NCBI RefSeq assembly: GCF_048262375.1
Contig: NZ_JBLXFE010000017.1
Location: 581 to 64,580, forward strand
DNA: 64,000 bases
Reading direction: 5' to 3'
Source of the DNA: Roseovarius sp.
GTDB taxonomy: Bacteria > Pseudomonadota > Alphaproteobacteria > Rhodobacterales > Rhodobacteraceae
In this document: positions 9,728-18,803 of the stretch, one piece after another
Layout of the letters: each line of letters starts with the position of its first letter
How positions within the stretch are numbered: position 1 is the first letter of the stretch
Notes under the pieces: model-generated
Database searches by the model: none
What the model was told of the DNA's origin: nothing
What the model saw: only the letters and a program-made list of their open reading frames with translations
Position numbers and translations under genes: made by a program

Positions 9728-10702
9728 TCACCAGCGAAGAGCCACCGCACCCCAAGCCAGACCGCCGCCGATCGCTTCTGCAAGCAGCAGATCACCGGGT
9801 TTGATCTTGCCCGTGGCAACCCCGACCGAGAGCGCCAATGGGATGGATGCGGCCGAGGTGTTGCCATGATCCTGCACGGTGACGATGACGCGCTCCATCG
9901 GCAGGCCGAGTTTTTTGGCGGTGCCTTGGATGATACGGATATTGGCCTGATGAGGGACGATCCAATCGACATCTGCGCCCGTCAGCCCGATTTTCTCAAG
10001 GGCTGTCTCAGCGGTCGAGGCGAGCTTTTCCACAGCCTGACGAAACAGCGGATTGCCCTGCATGCGCAATTTACCGGCCTCGCCGGTGCTTGATACGCCG
10101 CCATCGACATAAAGCATATCACGGTAGCGCCCGTCGGAATTGAGGTCCGAGGCGAGAATGCCGCGATCCGCCGAGGTGCCTGCGCCATCCTGAGCCTCAA
10201 GCACCAGCGCGCCTGCGCCATCGCCAAAAAGCACGCAGGTCGACCGGTCAGTCCAGTCCATGATGCGACTAAAGGTTTCCGCGCCAATCACCAGCATGCG
10301 CCGGGCCTGACCCGAGAGGATGAGCGCATTGGCGGTCGTCAGCGCATAGATAAATCCCGCGCAGACGGCCTGAACGTCAAACCCGAACCCGCGTGTCATG
10401 CCGAGGTCTTTTTGCACCATGGTCGCCACAGAGGGAAAGGTCAGGTCCGGGGTCGAGGTGGCCACGATGATCCCGTCGATGTCATCGGGCAAAAGACCTG
10501 CATTCTCGAGCGCTGCACGGGCTGCACGCACGGCGAGATCCGAAGTGGTCTGGTCGTCGGCGGCAAAATGACGACGCTCGATTCCAGACCGGGTACGGAT
10601 CCACTCGTCAGACGTATCCAGAGTCTTTTCAAACTCCGAATTGGGGACAATCCGGTCTGGTAGGTAATGTCCGATTCCTTGGACAACGGCGCGCAATGTC
10701 AT
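9728..10702 (-). CDS. fabH: Beta-ketoacyl-ACP synthase III
   Basis: AVCAGF (catalytic Cys), PHQAN, HGNTSAAS and GGGLAWG. Confidence 0.97.
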   Translation of the reverse strand: MTLRAVVQGIGHYLPDRIVPNSEFEKTLDTSDEWIRTRSGIERRHFAADDQTTSDLAVRAARAALENAGLLPDDIDGIIVATSTPDLTFPSVATMVQKDLGMTRGFGFDVQAVCAGFIYALTTANALILSGQARRMLVIGAETFSRIMDWTDRSTCVLFGDGAGALVLEAQDGAGTSADRGILASDLNSDGRYRDMLYVDGGVSSTGEAGKLRMQGNPLFRQAVEKLASTAETALEKIGLTGADVDWIVPHQANIRIIQGTAKKLGLPMERVIVTVQDHGNTSAASIPLALSVGVATGKIKPGDLLLAEAIGGGLAWGAVALRW

Positions 10703-11805
10703 TCAGTATCAGCCTCTGGTTGGGGCTCTGGAAGGGCATCCTGATCCAGCAGGGCCGCAGAGGCAACCCGCGCGGCCAGCCTGTCAGAAAAGCCCGATTG
10801 TGCCAGCTCGAACGCCAGCTTGATAGCCGAGGAAACGCCTGTAGAATCGGCCGCGCCGTGGGATTTGACCACGGTGCCATTGAGTCCAAGGAACACGCCA
10901 CCGTTGGCGCGGCTCGGGTCGATTCGCTTTTTCAGGCGTCTGAGCGACGTTAAGGCCAAAACCGAGGCCAGCCGCGACAGGAAGGAATAGGCAAAGGCCT
11001 CGCGCAGCAGGTCTGCGATCAGCTTGGCGATGCCTTCGCCAGTCTTGAGCGCGACATTGCCGGTAAAGCCGTCGGTCACGATCACATCGCATTTGGTGCC
11101 GGGCAGGTCGCGCCCTTCAACAAAGCCCACAAAGTCGAAATCCGCGATTCGCGCATTGGCTGCGATCAGATCGTATGCTTCCTTGAGTTCGGCGCGGCCC
11201 TTGTGCTCTTCTGTGCCGACATTCAGCAGGCCGATGCGCGGGCGCGCGAGGCCAAAGCCGTTGCGCGCGTAGGACGCCCCCATCAGCGCGTATTGCATCA
11301 GGTCTTTGGCGTCGGCGCGAATATCGGCCCCGCCGTCCAGCATGATATTGTGCTTTTGGGGGTTCCTTGAGGGCCACATCACTGCGATAGCCGGGCGGTA
11401 GATACCGGGAAGCTTGCGCAGGCGCATCACTGACATGAGCATCAGTGCGCCGGTGTTGCCGCAAGAGACGCAAACAGTCGCCTCGCCCATGCGCACCGAT
11501 TCCAGCGCGGACCACATCGACGTGTTACGGCCATGCCGCACCACATGCGATGGCTTGTCGTCCATTGTGACGACTTCGGGCGCGTGCCGGATTTCGCACC
11601 GATCAGCCAGACCGCGCCGACGCGCAATCAGACGTTCCAGTTCTTCACGGGGGCCGTGGACGATGAATCCGATGTCGGGGTTCTTGGACGCAGAATAGGC
11701 GATGCCGGCAACAACCGTTGCCGGCCCCTGATCTCCGCCCATGGCGTCAACCGAGATTATGGTGCGTCCTGCACCCGCCTTGGAATGATCCGTGCGAGCG
11801 GTCAT
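10699..11805 (-). CDS. plsX: Phosphate acyltransferase
   Basis: SVDAMGGD, GNTGAL, LLNVGTEEHKG and DGFTGNVALKT. Confidence 0.97.
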   Translation of the reverse strand: MTARTDHSKAGAGRTIISVDAMGGDQGPATVVAGIAYSASKNPDIGFIVHGPREELERLIARRRGLADRCEIRHAPEVVTMDDKPSHVVRHGRNTSMWSALESVRMGEATVCVSCGNTGALMLMSVMRLRKLPGIYRPAIAVMWPSRNPQKHNIMLDGGADIRADAKDLMQYALMGASYARNGFGLARPRIGLLNVGTEEHKGRAELKEAYDLIAANARIADFDFVGFVEGRDLPGTKCDVIVTDGFTGNVALKTGEGIAKLIADLLREAFAYSFLSRLASVLALTSLRRLKKRIDPSRANGGVFLGLNGTVVKSHGAADSTGVSSAIKLAFELAQSGFSDRLAARVASAALLDQDALPEPQPEADTE

Positions 11806-11828
11806 GCAGCAAATCGCCTATCGCGGGT

Positions 11829-12035
11829 TCAGGCCGCGTCGTCTTCCAGGTCGATTTCTTCTACCAGCGCCACAACCTCGCGGTCGGCATAGTGTCCGCA
11901 CGCGGAGCACACATGATGCGGGCGCTTCAGTTCGCCGCAGTTGGTGCATTCGTTTGGATTGCCTGCAACCAGCGCGTCATGGGCGCGGCGATTGTTGCGG
12001 CGCGATTTCGATACTTTGTTCTGTTGGACGGCCAT
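11829..12035 (-). CDS. rpmF: 50S ribosomal protein L32
   Basis: [19 protein letters not shown]...[18 protein letters not shown] (zinc-ribbon form). Confidence 0.98.
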   Translation of the reverse strand: MAVQQNKVSKSRRNNRRAHDALVAGNPNECTNCGELKRPHHVCSACGHYADREVVALVEEIDLEDDAA

Positions 12036-12198
12036 GTCGCAACCTCAATTCCTGTGGGCCTGTATGGCCCTGTTTCACGGGTGTTCGCGGCTCTTAATAT
12101 GTTACGAGCCGCCGGTTCAACCCCAAATTCCGGTGAGAGCGGGAAAATACAGAGATTTGATGCAGGGGCAAGCGATTCTTGGGGGTATCCTGCAATGC

Positions 12199-12762
12199 TC
12201 AGGCGTCATCTTCGTTTCGTAGCTTGTCGCGCAGGCTGGCGAGACCGGCAAAGGGCTTGGTCTCTTCGTCCTGCATGGGGGCTATGCCGTCTTCGGCTAC
12301 TGCGAGACTGCCAAGCTCTGCACCCTCGCGGCGGGGATAGGGCGGAAGGGCCAAGGCCAGAGCCTCGATCATCACTCGGGCGATGTCAATTTCCGCCCCA
12401 AGGGGTTCCAGCGTGTCATCACCGGGCATTTCGATTTCGCTACCGGGATCTGCGGTCTCCAGAACCGCCTCTGGCGAAAACCGTCGGGTGACTTTCTCAT
12501 CAATGCGGGTCTGAACGGGCTCTAGCGTGACCACGCAGGGCTGTGTCACCGTTGCCCCCAGATCGGCCTGCAACAGCCAATCCTTGCGCCCCTCAGCGGT
12601 GAGCGTGCCGCGAAAGCGCAGTTTGCGCAGAGCCAGCAGATCAAGGTCGCTGGCGATAGCCTCTGACTGTGCCGAATTTGGGGTCAGATCAAAGGTCACC
12701 GGACGTCGGCTTGAGAGATCGGCAACGCGGATCACCTCGGTCTTTTGCGGGTGTTGTGCCAT
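12199..12762 (-). CDS. DUF177/YceD-family protein
   Basis: ATVTQPCVVTLEPV, EALALALPPYPR and KPFAGLASLRDKL. Located upstream of rpmF as usual. Confidence 0.9.
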   Translation of the reverse strand: MAQHPQKTEVIRVADLSSRRPVTFDLTPNSAQSEAIASDLDLLALRKLRFRGTLTAEGRKDWLLQADLGATVTQPCVVTLEPVQTRIDEKVTRRFSPEAVLETADPGSEIEMPGDDTLEPLGAEIDIARVMIEALALALPPYPRREGAELGSLAVAEDGIAPMQDEETKPFAGLASLRDKLRNEDDA

Positions 12763-12850
12763 CTTTCCCCTCGCTTCCTTTCTTGAACCATTGCATCACC
12801 TTGCTGTAAGCGGGATAAAAGCCGAAGGCGGCCAAGACAAGAGGGCAGAA

Positions 12851-13309
12851 ATGACAGCGATCCGAAACCGAGTGATCAGCGCTTTGGCGCTTTGCTGTCT
12901 GATGGTCGTGACCGGCTGTTCTGCCACCTACCGCAATCACGGATATATGCCGCCAGAAGAGGACCTGCAAAACCTCGTGGTGGGGGTCGATACCCGTGCC
13001 ACGGTGGACGATGTTGTCGGACCGCCGTCTTTGTCGGGCGTGTTGGCGGATGGCGATTACTATTATGTCCGCAGCCGGGTGCGCGAATACGGGATGTACC
13101 GCCCTCAGGTCGTTGAACGCAGAGTGCTGGCGATTTCCTTTAACGACGATGACACAATCGCCAATATCGAGGAATTCGGGCTGGAGGACGGTCAGGTTGT
13201 GCCGATTGCACGCCGCGTGACCGAATCCTCGGTGGTCAGCAACGGGTTCCTGCGTCAAATCCTGAGCAATATCGGCAATCTCAATCCGGCGTCTGCCTTT
13301 GAGAACTAA
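12851..13309 (+). CDS. bamE: Outer-membrane assembly lipoprotein BamE/SmpA
   Basis: Lipobox VTGC, then NHGYMP, 'VDDVVGPPS' and 'VLAISFNDDDTIANIE'. Start at ATG 12851. Confidence 0.9.
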   Translation: MTAIRNRVISALALCCLMVVTGCSATYRNHGYMPPEEDLQNLVVGVDTRATVDDVVGPPSLSGVLADGDYYYVRSRVREYGMYRPQVVERRVLAISFNDDDTIANIEEFGLEDGQVVPIARRVTESSVVSNGFLRQILSNIGNLNPASAFEN

Positions 13310-13382
13310 GCACTGCGCCTGAGGGGGATCACACCCGCGTCATAACTTGCGTGCATGAACGGGCAGGATTAGGGTTGCGCTG

Positions 13383-13398
13383 TGCAATCGGGATTGCA
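13383..13398. promoter_or_regulatory. Perfect inverted repeat TGCAATC-GG-GATTGCA ending 2 nt before the glsB-like start codon
   Basis: Read directly from sequence 13383-13398. ATG is at 13401. Confidence 0.45.
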
Positions 13399-13400
13399 GC

Positions 13401-14138
13401 ATGCCAGAGCTTCGGGAACACCGCTACACGGCGCGAATTGGTCGCACGTCAGAGGATTGCCATGCAGCACAGCGCCTGCGCGCGCTGACGTTTCTTGGAG
13501 ATGCGCGCGGGCTGGATCAGGACGCGTTCGACGATATCTGCACCCATATTCTCATCGAAGAGACCAGGACCGGTGATCTGGTCTGCTGCTTCAGGATGCT
13601 GTTGCTGACTGGCGGGGCTGAGATCGCTCAGAGTTATTCGGCGCAGTTCTACGAATTGTCGGCCTTGGCCGTGTTCGAGGGAAAGATGGCTGAATTGGGC
13701 CGGTTTTGCATCGCGCCGGGGCGACTTGATCCGGATATTCTGCGGATGGCTTGGGCGGCGATGACGCGGTTCGTGGATGACAACAGGGTCGAGATGCTGT
13801 TCGGTTGTTCGTCCTTTCACGGCACCGAGACCGAGACCTATGTTGATGCCTTTGCCATGTTGCGCGAGCGGCATCTGGCCCCGCAGCATTGGTGGCCGCG
13901 GGTCAAGGCCCCCAGCGTGTTTCGCTTTGGCCAGAGTCTGCGGTGGCACAAACCCGATCTGAAACTGGCAATGCGGCACATGCCGCCGCTTCTGCGCACC
14001 TATCTGATGATGGGAGGCTGGGTCAGCGATCATGCGGTGATCGACCGGAGCCTCAATACGTTACATGTTTTCACTGGCGTCGAGATCAGAGCGATTCCCG
14101 CCACGCGAAAGCGGTTGTTGCGGGCACTGGCAGGCTGA
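13401..14138 (+). CDS. glsB: OlsB-family GNAT aminolipid N-acyltransferase, most likely glutamine-lipid synthase GlsB
   Basis: DQDAFDDICTHILI, ELGRFCI, LFGCSSFHG, MPPLLRTYLMMGGWVSDHAVID and HVFTG. The bamE-GNAT-ABC-F order next to rpmF-plsX-fabH is the context I recall for glsB in Rhodobacteraceae. Confidence 0.75.
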   Translation: MPELREHRYTARIGRTSEDCHAAQRLRALTFLGDARGLDQDAFDDICTHILIEETRTGDLVCCFRMLLLTGGAEIAQSYSAQFYELSALAVFEGKMAELGRFCIAPGRLDPDILRMAWAAMTRFVDDNRVEMLFGCSSFHGTETETYVDAFAMLRERHLAPQHWWPRVKAPSVFRFGQSLRWHKPDLKLAMRHMPPLLRTYLMMGGWVSDHAVIDRSLNTLHVFTGVEIRAIPATRKRLLRALAG

Positions 14139-14144
14139 CATCCC

Positions 14145-14182
14145 TTGACGGTGCCGGGGCGGCAGGATAGCCCGCGCACATG
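14145..14182 (+). promoter_or_regulatory. Putative sigma70 promoter giving a leaderless uup mRNA
   Basis: TTGACG (14145-14150), 17-bp spacer, TAGCCC (14168-14173). Predicted +1 is 14180, the A of ATG. No Shine-Dalgarno sequence. Confidence 0.5.
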
Positions 14183-15997
14183 GCACGCGCACCCCTTTTA
14201 CAACTCACCGACATTTCGCTCACCTTTGGCGGTGAGCCTGTGTTTCATAACCTCTCGCTCGTGGTGCCACCCGGTGACCGGGTGGCGCTTGTGGGGCGCA
14301 ACGGGTCGGGAAAATCCACGCTGATGAAGGTGATGGCCGGCTTGGTTGAGCCGGATCGTGGCACACGGGTCGTCACGCCGGGGATTAGCGTAGGCTATAT
14401 GGAGCAGGAACCCGACATGGCCGGGTTTGCCACGCTGGGGGACTATGCCGCGAGCGCGTTGGACGTGAGCGAGATGTACCGGGTCGAGATGGCTGGCGAG
14501 GGTCTGAAATTCGATCCTGCGCGGCCGGTCAGCACCGCCTCGGGGGGCGAGCGGCGACGCGCGGCCTTGGCCAAGCTGATGGCCGAGTCGCCCGATCTGA
14601 TGCTGCTTGATGAGCCGACCAACCATCTTGATGTCGAGGCGATTGCCTGGCTGGAAACGGAGCTGCGTGAGACGCGCAAGGGATTCGTTCTGATCAGCCA
14701 CGACCGCGCGTTTTTGCGTGAACTGACGCGTGCAACCCTCTGGATTGACAGGGGAATGACGCGGCGACAGGAAAAGGGATTCGAGCATTTCGAGACGTGG
14801 CGCGACAAGGTCTGGGAAGAAGAGGATCAGCAGCGCCACAAGCTCGACCGCAAGATCAAATCCGAAGCTCGCTGGGCGGTCGAAGGCATCAGCGCGCGGC
14901 GCAAGCGCAATCAGGGACGGGTACGCGCCCTGGCCGAACTGCGCGCCGAGCGCAGCAGTCAAATTCGGCGTCAGGGCACGGCGGCGATGGCGCTCGATTC
15001 GGGCCCGTCTTCTGGGCGCAAGGTGATTGAGGCTGTCGATATTTCAAAAGCTTACGGCGACAAGCTCATCTTGCAGAAATTCAGTATCAAGATTCTGCGC
15101 GGCGACCGTGTGGCCTTTGTCGGCCCCAATGGTGTGGGCAAGACGACGCTGCTCAAGATGCTGCTCAAGGAAATCGAACCTGACAGCGGCAGCGTGAGCC
15201 AAGGCACCAATCTGTTGCCAGCCGTATTTGATCAGGCGCGCGCCCAACTGGACCCGGAAATGAGTCTATGGGAGAGCCTGACTGGCGATGTTGATATGCG
15301 CGTCTCGGGGCAAGCCGATCAGGTTCTGGTGCGTGGCCAGCCGCGGCATGTGGTGGGCTATCTCAAGGATTTCCTGTTTGATGAGCGGCAGGTGCGTGCA
15401 CCGGTCAAGTCCTTGTCCGGCGGTGAGAAAGCGCGGCTTTTGCTGGCCAAGCTGATGGCGCGCGAGAGCAATCTGCTGGTGCTCGACGAGCCCACGAATG
15501 ATCTCGATATCGAGACGCTCGATCTCTTGCAGGAATTGCTTGACGATTACGATGGCACCGTCCTGCTGGTCAGCCATGACCGCGATTTTCTGGACCGGGT
15601 TGCGACCACCACCATCGCGATGGAGGGCGACGGGCGCGCCACAACCTATGCCGGGGGCTGGTCGGATTACCGGGCGCAGCGGACGGTGGAAGCCACCACT
15701 GATGTGGATAAAAAATCAGATAAAACAGAAGCTAAAAAGCCAGAATTAAAGCAATCAAAACCTGCTGCGACACGACTTAGCTTTACTGAAAAGCATCGGT
15801 TCGAAGAATTGCCAGGGGTGATCGAGCGGCTTGGCGCAGAGATTGCCAAGCTCGAAGAGCTGCTGGCCGATCCCGCGCTTTTCACTCGCGAGCCGGTGAA
15901 GTTCAAAAAAGCTACCGAAGCGCTGAGCACCCGTCAGCAAGCCCTGATGGATGCCGAAGAGGAGTGGCTGTCACTGGCGGAACGCGCCGAGGGCTGA
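14180..15997 (+). CDS. uup: ABC-F family ATPase (Uup-like)
   Basis: Two ABC domains ([13 protein letters not shown] and [14 protein letters not shown]), no TM segments, C-terminal coiled coil ([18 protein letters not shown]). Confidence 0.9.
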   Translation: MARAPLLQLTDISLTFGGEPVFHNLSLVVPPGDRVALVGRNGSGKSTLMKVMAGLVEPDRGTRVVTPGISVGYMEQEPDMAGFATLGDYAASALDVSEMYRVEMAGEGLKFDPARPVSTASGGERRRAALAKLMAESPDLMLLDEPTNHLDVEAIAWLETELRETRKGFVLISHDRAFLRELTRATLWIDRGMTRRQEKGFEHFETWRDKVWEEEDQQRHKLDRKIKSEARWAVEGISARRKRNQGRVRALAELRAERSSQIRRQGTAAMALDSGPSSGRKVIEAVDISKAYGDKLILQKFSIKILRGDRVAFVGPNGVGKTTLLKMLLKEIEPDSGSVSQGTNLLPAVFDQARAQLDPEMSLWESLTGDVDMRVSGQADQVLVRGQPRHVVGYLKDFLFDERQVRAPVKSLSGGEKARLLLAKLMARESNLLVLDEPTNDLDIETLDLLQELLDDYDGTVLLVSHDRDFLDRVATTTIAMEGDGRATTYAGGWSDYRAQRTVEATTDVDKKSDKTEAKKPELKQSKPAATRLSFTEKHRFEELPGVIERLGAEIAKLEELLADPALFTREPVKFKKATEALSTRQQALMDAEEEWLSLAERAEG

Positions 15998-16039
15998 TTT
16001 CCGCTGTAGCCGGGACGGGATCAACGCTAGGCTGAGACC

Positions 16040-16822
16040 ATGGCGACGACCAAGGCTGGCATCAAGACCCGAATTCGGCTTCTGTATCAGGGGCGCAGCA
16101 CGCGTGCGACGCGGTTTCGTTACGCTCTGCTGATTTTTGACGCGCTGAGCATCTTTTTCTTTCTTGCGACAGCGCCTTTGCCACTCAGCCCGATGCTGAT
16201 TCTGGCGGATATGCTGATTGCAACGCTGATTCTGGCGGACTTCATTTGCCGGCTCTGGCTTGCCGAGAATCGATTACGGCATCTTTGCCAGATCTTTGTG
16301 TGGGTTGATCTTGTGGTGATCGCCTCTTTGCTGGCGGTGCCGTTCATGGGGCAGGGATGGGCCGCCTTGCGTCTCTTGCGGGCGTTGCGGCTGCTGCATT
16401 CCTATCATCTGCTTCGGGATCTGCGACGCGATGTGCGAATATTCCGGCTGCATGAGGATGCGATTGTCGCGGCGGTGAATCTGCTGGTGTTCATCTTTAC
16501 CATGACCGCGCTTGTGCTGCTGTTGCGCGGCGGTAAAGAGCCGGGGTTGGAGACCTATGTTGACGCGCTCTATTTCACGGTGACGACCCTGACCACCACC
16601 GGTTTTGGCGATATCATCATGACCAGCGGCGAGGGGCGTCTCTTGGCGGTGGGAATCATGGTGGTTGGCGTCGGCCTGTTTCTCGGGCTGGTGCGTGCGA
16701 TCTTTATGCCCTCAAAGGTGCGCTATAAATGCGAGGGTTGCGGGCTGTTGAAACACGACCCCGACGCCATTCATTGCAAGCATTGTGGCCGCGAATTACA
16801 GATCGAGACCGAGGGCGCCTGA
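16040..16822 (+). CDS. 6-TM potassium-channel-family protein with C-terminal zinc ribbon
   Basis: S4-like LRLLRALRLLHSYHLLRDLRR, pore motif TTLTTTGFGDI, C-terminal CEGCG...CKHCG. Confidence 0.88.
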   Translation: MATTKAGIKTRIRLLYQGRSTRATRFRYALLIFDALSIFFFLATAPLPLSPMLILADMLIATLILADFICRLWLAENRLRHLCQIFVWVDLVVIASLLAVPFMGQGWAALRLLRALRLLHSYHLLRDLRRDVRIFRLHEDAIVAAVNLLVFIFTMTALVLLLRGGKEPGLETYVDALYFTVTTLTTTGFGDIIMTSGEGRLLAVGIMVVGVGLFLGLVRAIFMPSKVRYKCEGCGLLKHDPDAIHCKHCGRELQIETEGA

Positions 16823-16829
16823 CGGCGCC

Positions 16830-17585
16830 TTACTGCATGCGCAGCGCCCCGTCGAGGCGGATCACCTCGCCGTTGAGATAGCCGCATTCAATGATGAACC
16901 GGGCGAGGGCGCCATATTCCGCGGGATCGCCAAGGCGCTTGGGGCAGGTGACCTCGGCGGCAAGCGTGTCTTGCACGTCTTGTGGCAGGCCGCGCAGCAT
17001 CGGGGTGGCAAAGATCCCCGGTGCGATGGCCATCACGCGGATTCCCTCGCGGGCCAGATCGCGCGCCATCGGCAGCGAGAGGCCGACGATCCCGCCCTTT
17101 GACGCGGCATAGGCGGCCTGACCCTTTTGTCCGTCAAAGGCAGCAATCGAGGCGGTGTTGATGATCACGCCGCGTGCGCCATCGCTGTCCGGTGTGTTGC
17201 TGGCCATTTCCGCCGCTGCCAGACGGGCCACGTTGAACGTGCCCACGAGATTGATATCGAGCGTGCGGCGAAAGGCGTCGAGCGGGTGCGGGCCATCGCG
17301 ACCCAGCACCTTGGCGCCGGTGGCGATGCCCGCGCAATTGACCGCCGCAGTGATCCGGCCCATGGCGGATTTGGCACTTGCGATGGCTGAGGCGACCGAG
17401 GCCTCATCGGTCACGTCGGTTTGCGCAAAATGCGCGCCGATGTCTTCGGCCACGGCCTGACCCCGGTCTGCATCGCGGTCGAGCAGCGTTACCTGTGCTC
17501 CCATCTCGCGGAAATGCCGGGCGGTCGCCTCGCCAAGGCCCGAGGCCCCGCCGGTGATGATCGCGGCTGTATCCTGAATGCGCAT
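16830..17585 (-). CDS. SDR, 3-hydroxyacyl-CoA dehydrogenase type 2 (HSD17B10-like)
   Basis: TGGASGLG, NCAG, YAASKGG and YLNGEVIRLDGALRM. Confidence 0.92.
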   Translation of the reverse strand: MRIQDTAAIITGGASGLGEATARHFREMGAQVTLLDRDADRGQAVAEDIGAHFAQTDVTDEASVASAIASAKSAMGRITAAVNCAGIATGAKVLGRDGPHPLDAFRRTLDINLVGTFNVARLAAAEMASNTPDSDGARGVIINTASIAAFDGQKGQAAYAASKGGIVGLSLPMARDLAREGIRVMAIAPGIFATPMLRGLPQDVQDTLAAEVTCPKRLGDPAEYGALARFIIECGYLNGEVIRLDGALRMQ

Positions 17586-17702
17586 GCTGCCCTCCCGAGG
17601 TTAAATGAACATACGTTCAAATATCGATTGCCATCTGTTCTGTCAAAGCCTCTCTCAGGCAGTGGGGCGTTTCTTCGGGGCTCAAACACTCAAATTCACT
17701 GC

Positions 17703-18761
17703 TCACCTCCGGCGCTGGCGCTGGCGCAGACGGGTGACAACCCCAAGCGTCAATACCGTGAGCACGATACGGTAGATGTGGTGGAGGGTGACAAAGGCCG
17801 GATTGGCGTTCAGGCTGAGCGCCACAAGCGCCATTTCGGTGACGCCGCCGGGGGCAAGGGTGATCAAGAGCACATCCACCGCCTCGCCTGTCGCTATGTG
17901 CAGCAAGAACGCCAGCAACACCCCGAGCGTCAGCATCGCCCCGACTGAGGTCATGGCGAGCGCCGCCCCGCGCAGCAAGAGGCCGCGACTGAGCCCGGTG
18001 AACCGCATGCCAAGCGTCGTGCCAAGCACGATTTGCGCCATGTTTACAAGCCATTGTGGAATATCAAAGCTGAGCCAGCCGGTCAGCGACAGCGCCGCCG
18101 CAAGCGCCATGGGCCCGGTCATCTGACCGGCGGGCAGGCGCAGCACATGACCCAGCCCCAGTCCGCCCAGACCCGCCAGCACGATCAGGGGCAGGTCCGA
18201 CCAAGGCACTTCGGCGCGGGCAAGCGTCATGCCGCCGGAACTGCCGACCGGAGCGCCCAACCAGAGCGAGAGGCCAAGCGGCACCGCTGTCACCACCACG
18301 ATGATGCGCAGGAATTGCTGCATCATCAGCCGGGTCATGTCGGCACCGGCGGCCTCGCCCATCTCGATGCTTTCATAAAGACCTCCGGGGGTGCTGGCAT
18401 AGAATGCCGTGGTGCTGTCATACCCGCCGATCTGGCGAAAGATGGCATAGCCTGTGGCATGTGCCAGACCGACAAAAACTGTGACTGCAGCGAAGGTTAG
18501 CAGATAATGATGGGCCTCGGTAAAGAGCGCGGGCGTGACCTGTGACCCGATCATCAATCCGATGATGGCGATAAACATCAATCTTAGTTTTTGAGGAAAG
18601 CGATAGCCTGTGGGCAAGCGCTCGGGCAGGGCGGTCGCGATGAGTGCAGAGCTTGCCAATGGGCCCAGCATGAACGGCAGGGGCAAGCCGATGGCTTGGC
18701 CCAGAAAACCTGAAAAGCCTGAGAGCGCCAGAAGCGCGAGGGTGGTTGCGTGGATTGGCAT
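17703..18761 (-). CDS. AbrB-family membrane protein
   Basis: Duplicated hydrophobic halves with STPGGLYE and APGGVTEM, plus GQMTGPM. Confidence 0.85.
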   Translation of the reverse strand: MPIHATTLALLALSGFSGFLGQAIGLPLPFMLGPLASSALIATALPERLPTGYRFPQKLRLMFIAIIGLMIGSQVTPALFTEAHHYLLTFAAVTVFVGLAHATGYAIFRQIGGYDSTTAFYASTPGGLYESIEMGEAAGADMTRLMMQQFLRIIVVVTAVPLGLSLWLGAPVGSSGGMTLARAEVPWSDLPLIVLAGLGGLGLGHVLRLPAGQMTGPMALAAALSLTGWLSFDIPQWLVNMAQIVLGTTLGMRFTGLSRGLLLRGAALAMTSVGAMLTLGVLLAFLLHIATGEAVDVLLITLAPGGVTEMALVALSLNANPAFVTLHHIYRIVLTVLTLGVVTRLRQRQRRR

Positions 18762-18803
18762 GACGCCTGTTCAAGCACCAGGCGCAGGCAGGGGCAAGGG
18801 GGG

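Noticed and set aside
15700-15790. AT-rich patch inside uup as an insertion
   Set aside because: It is in frame and encodes a Lys-rich linker before the coiled-coil domain. Ordinary variable linker.
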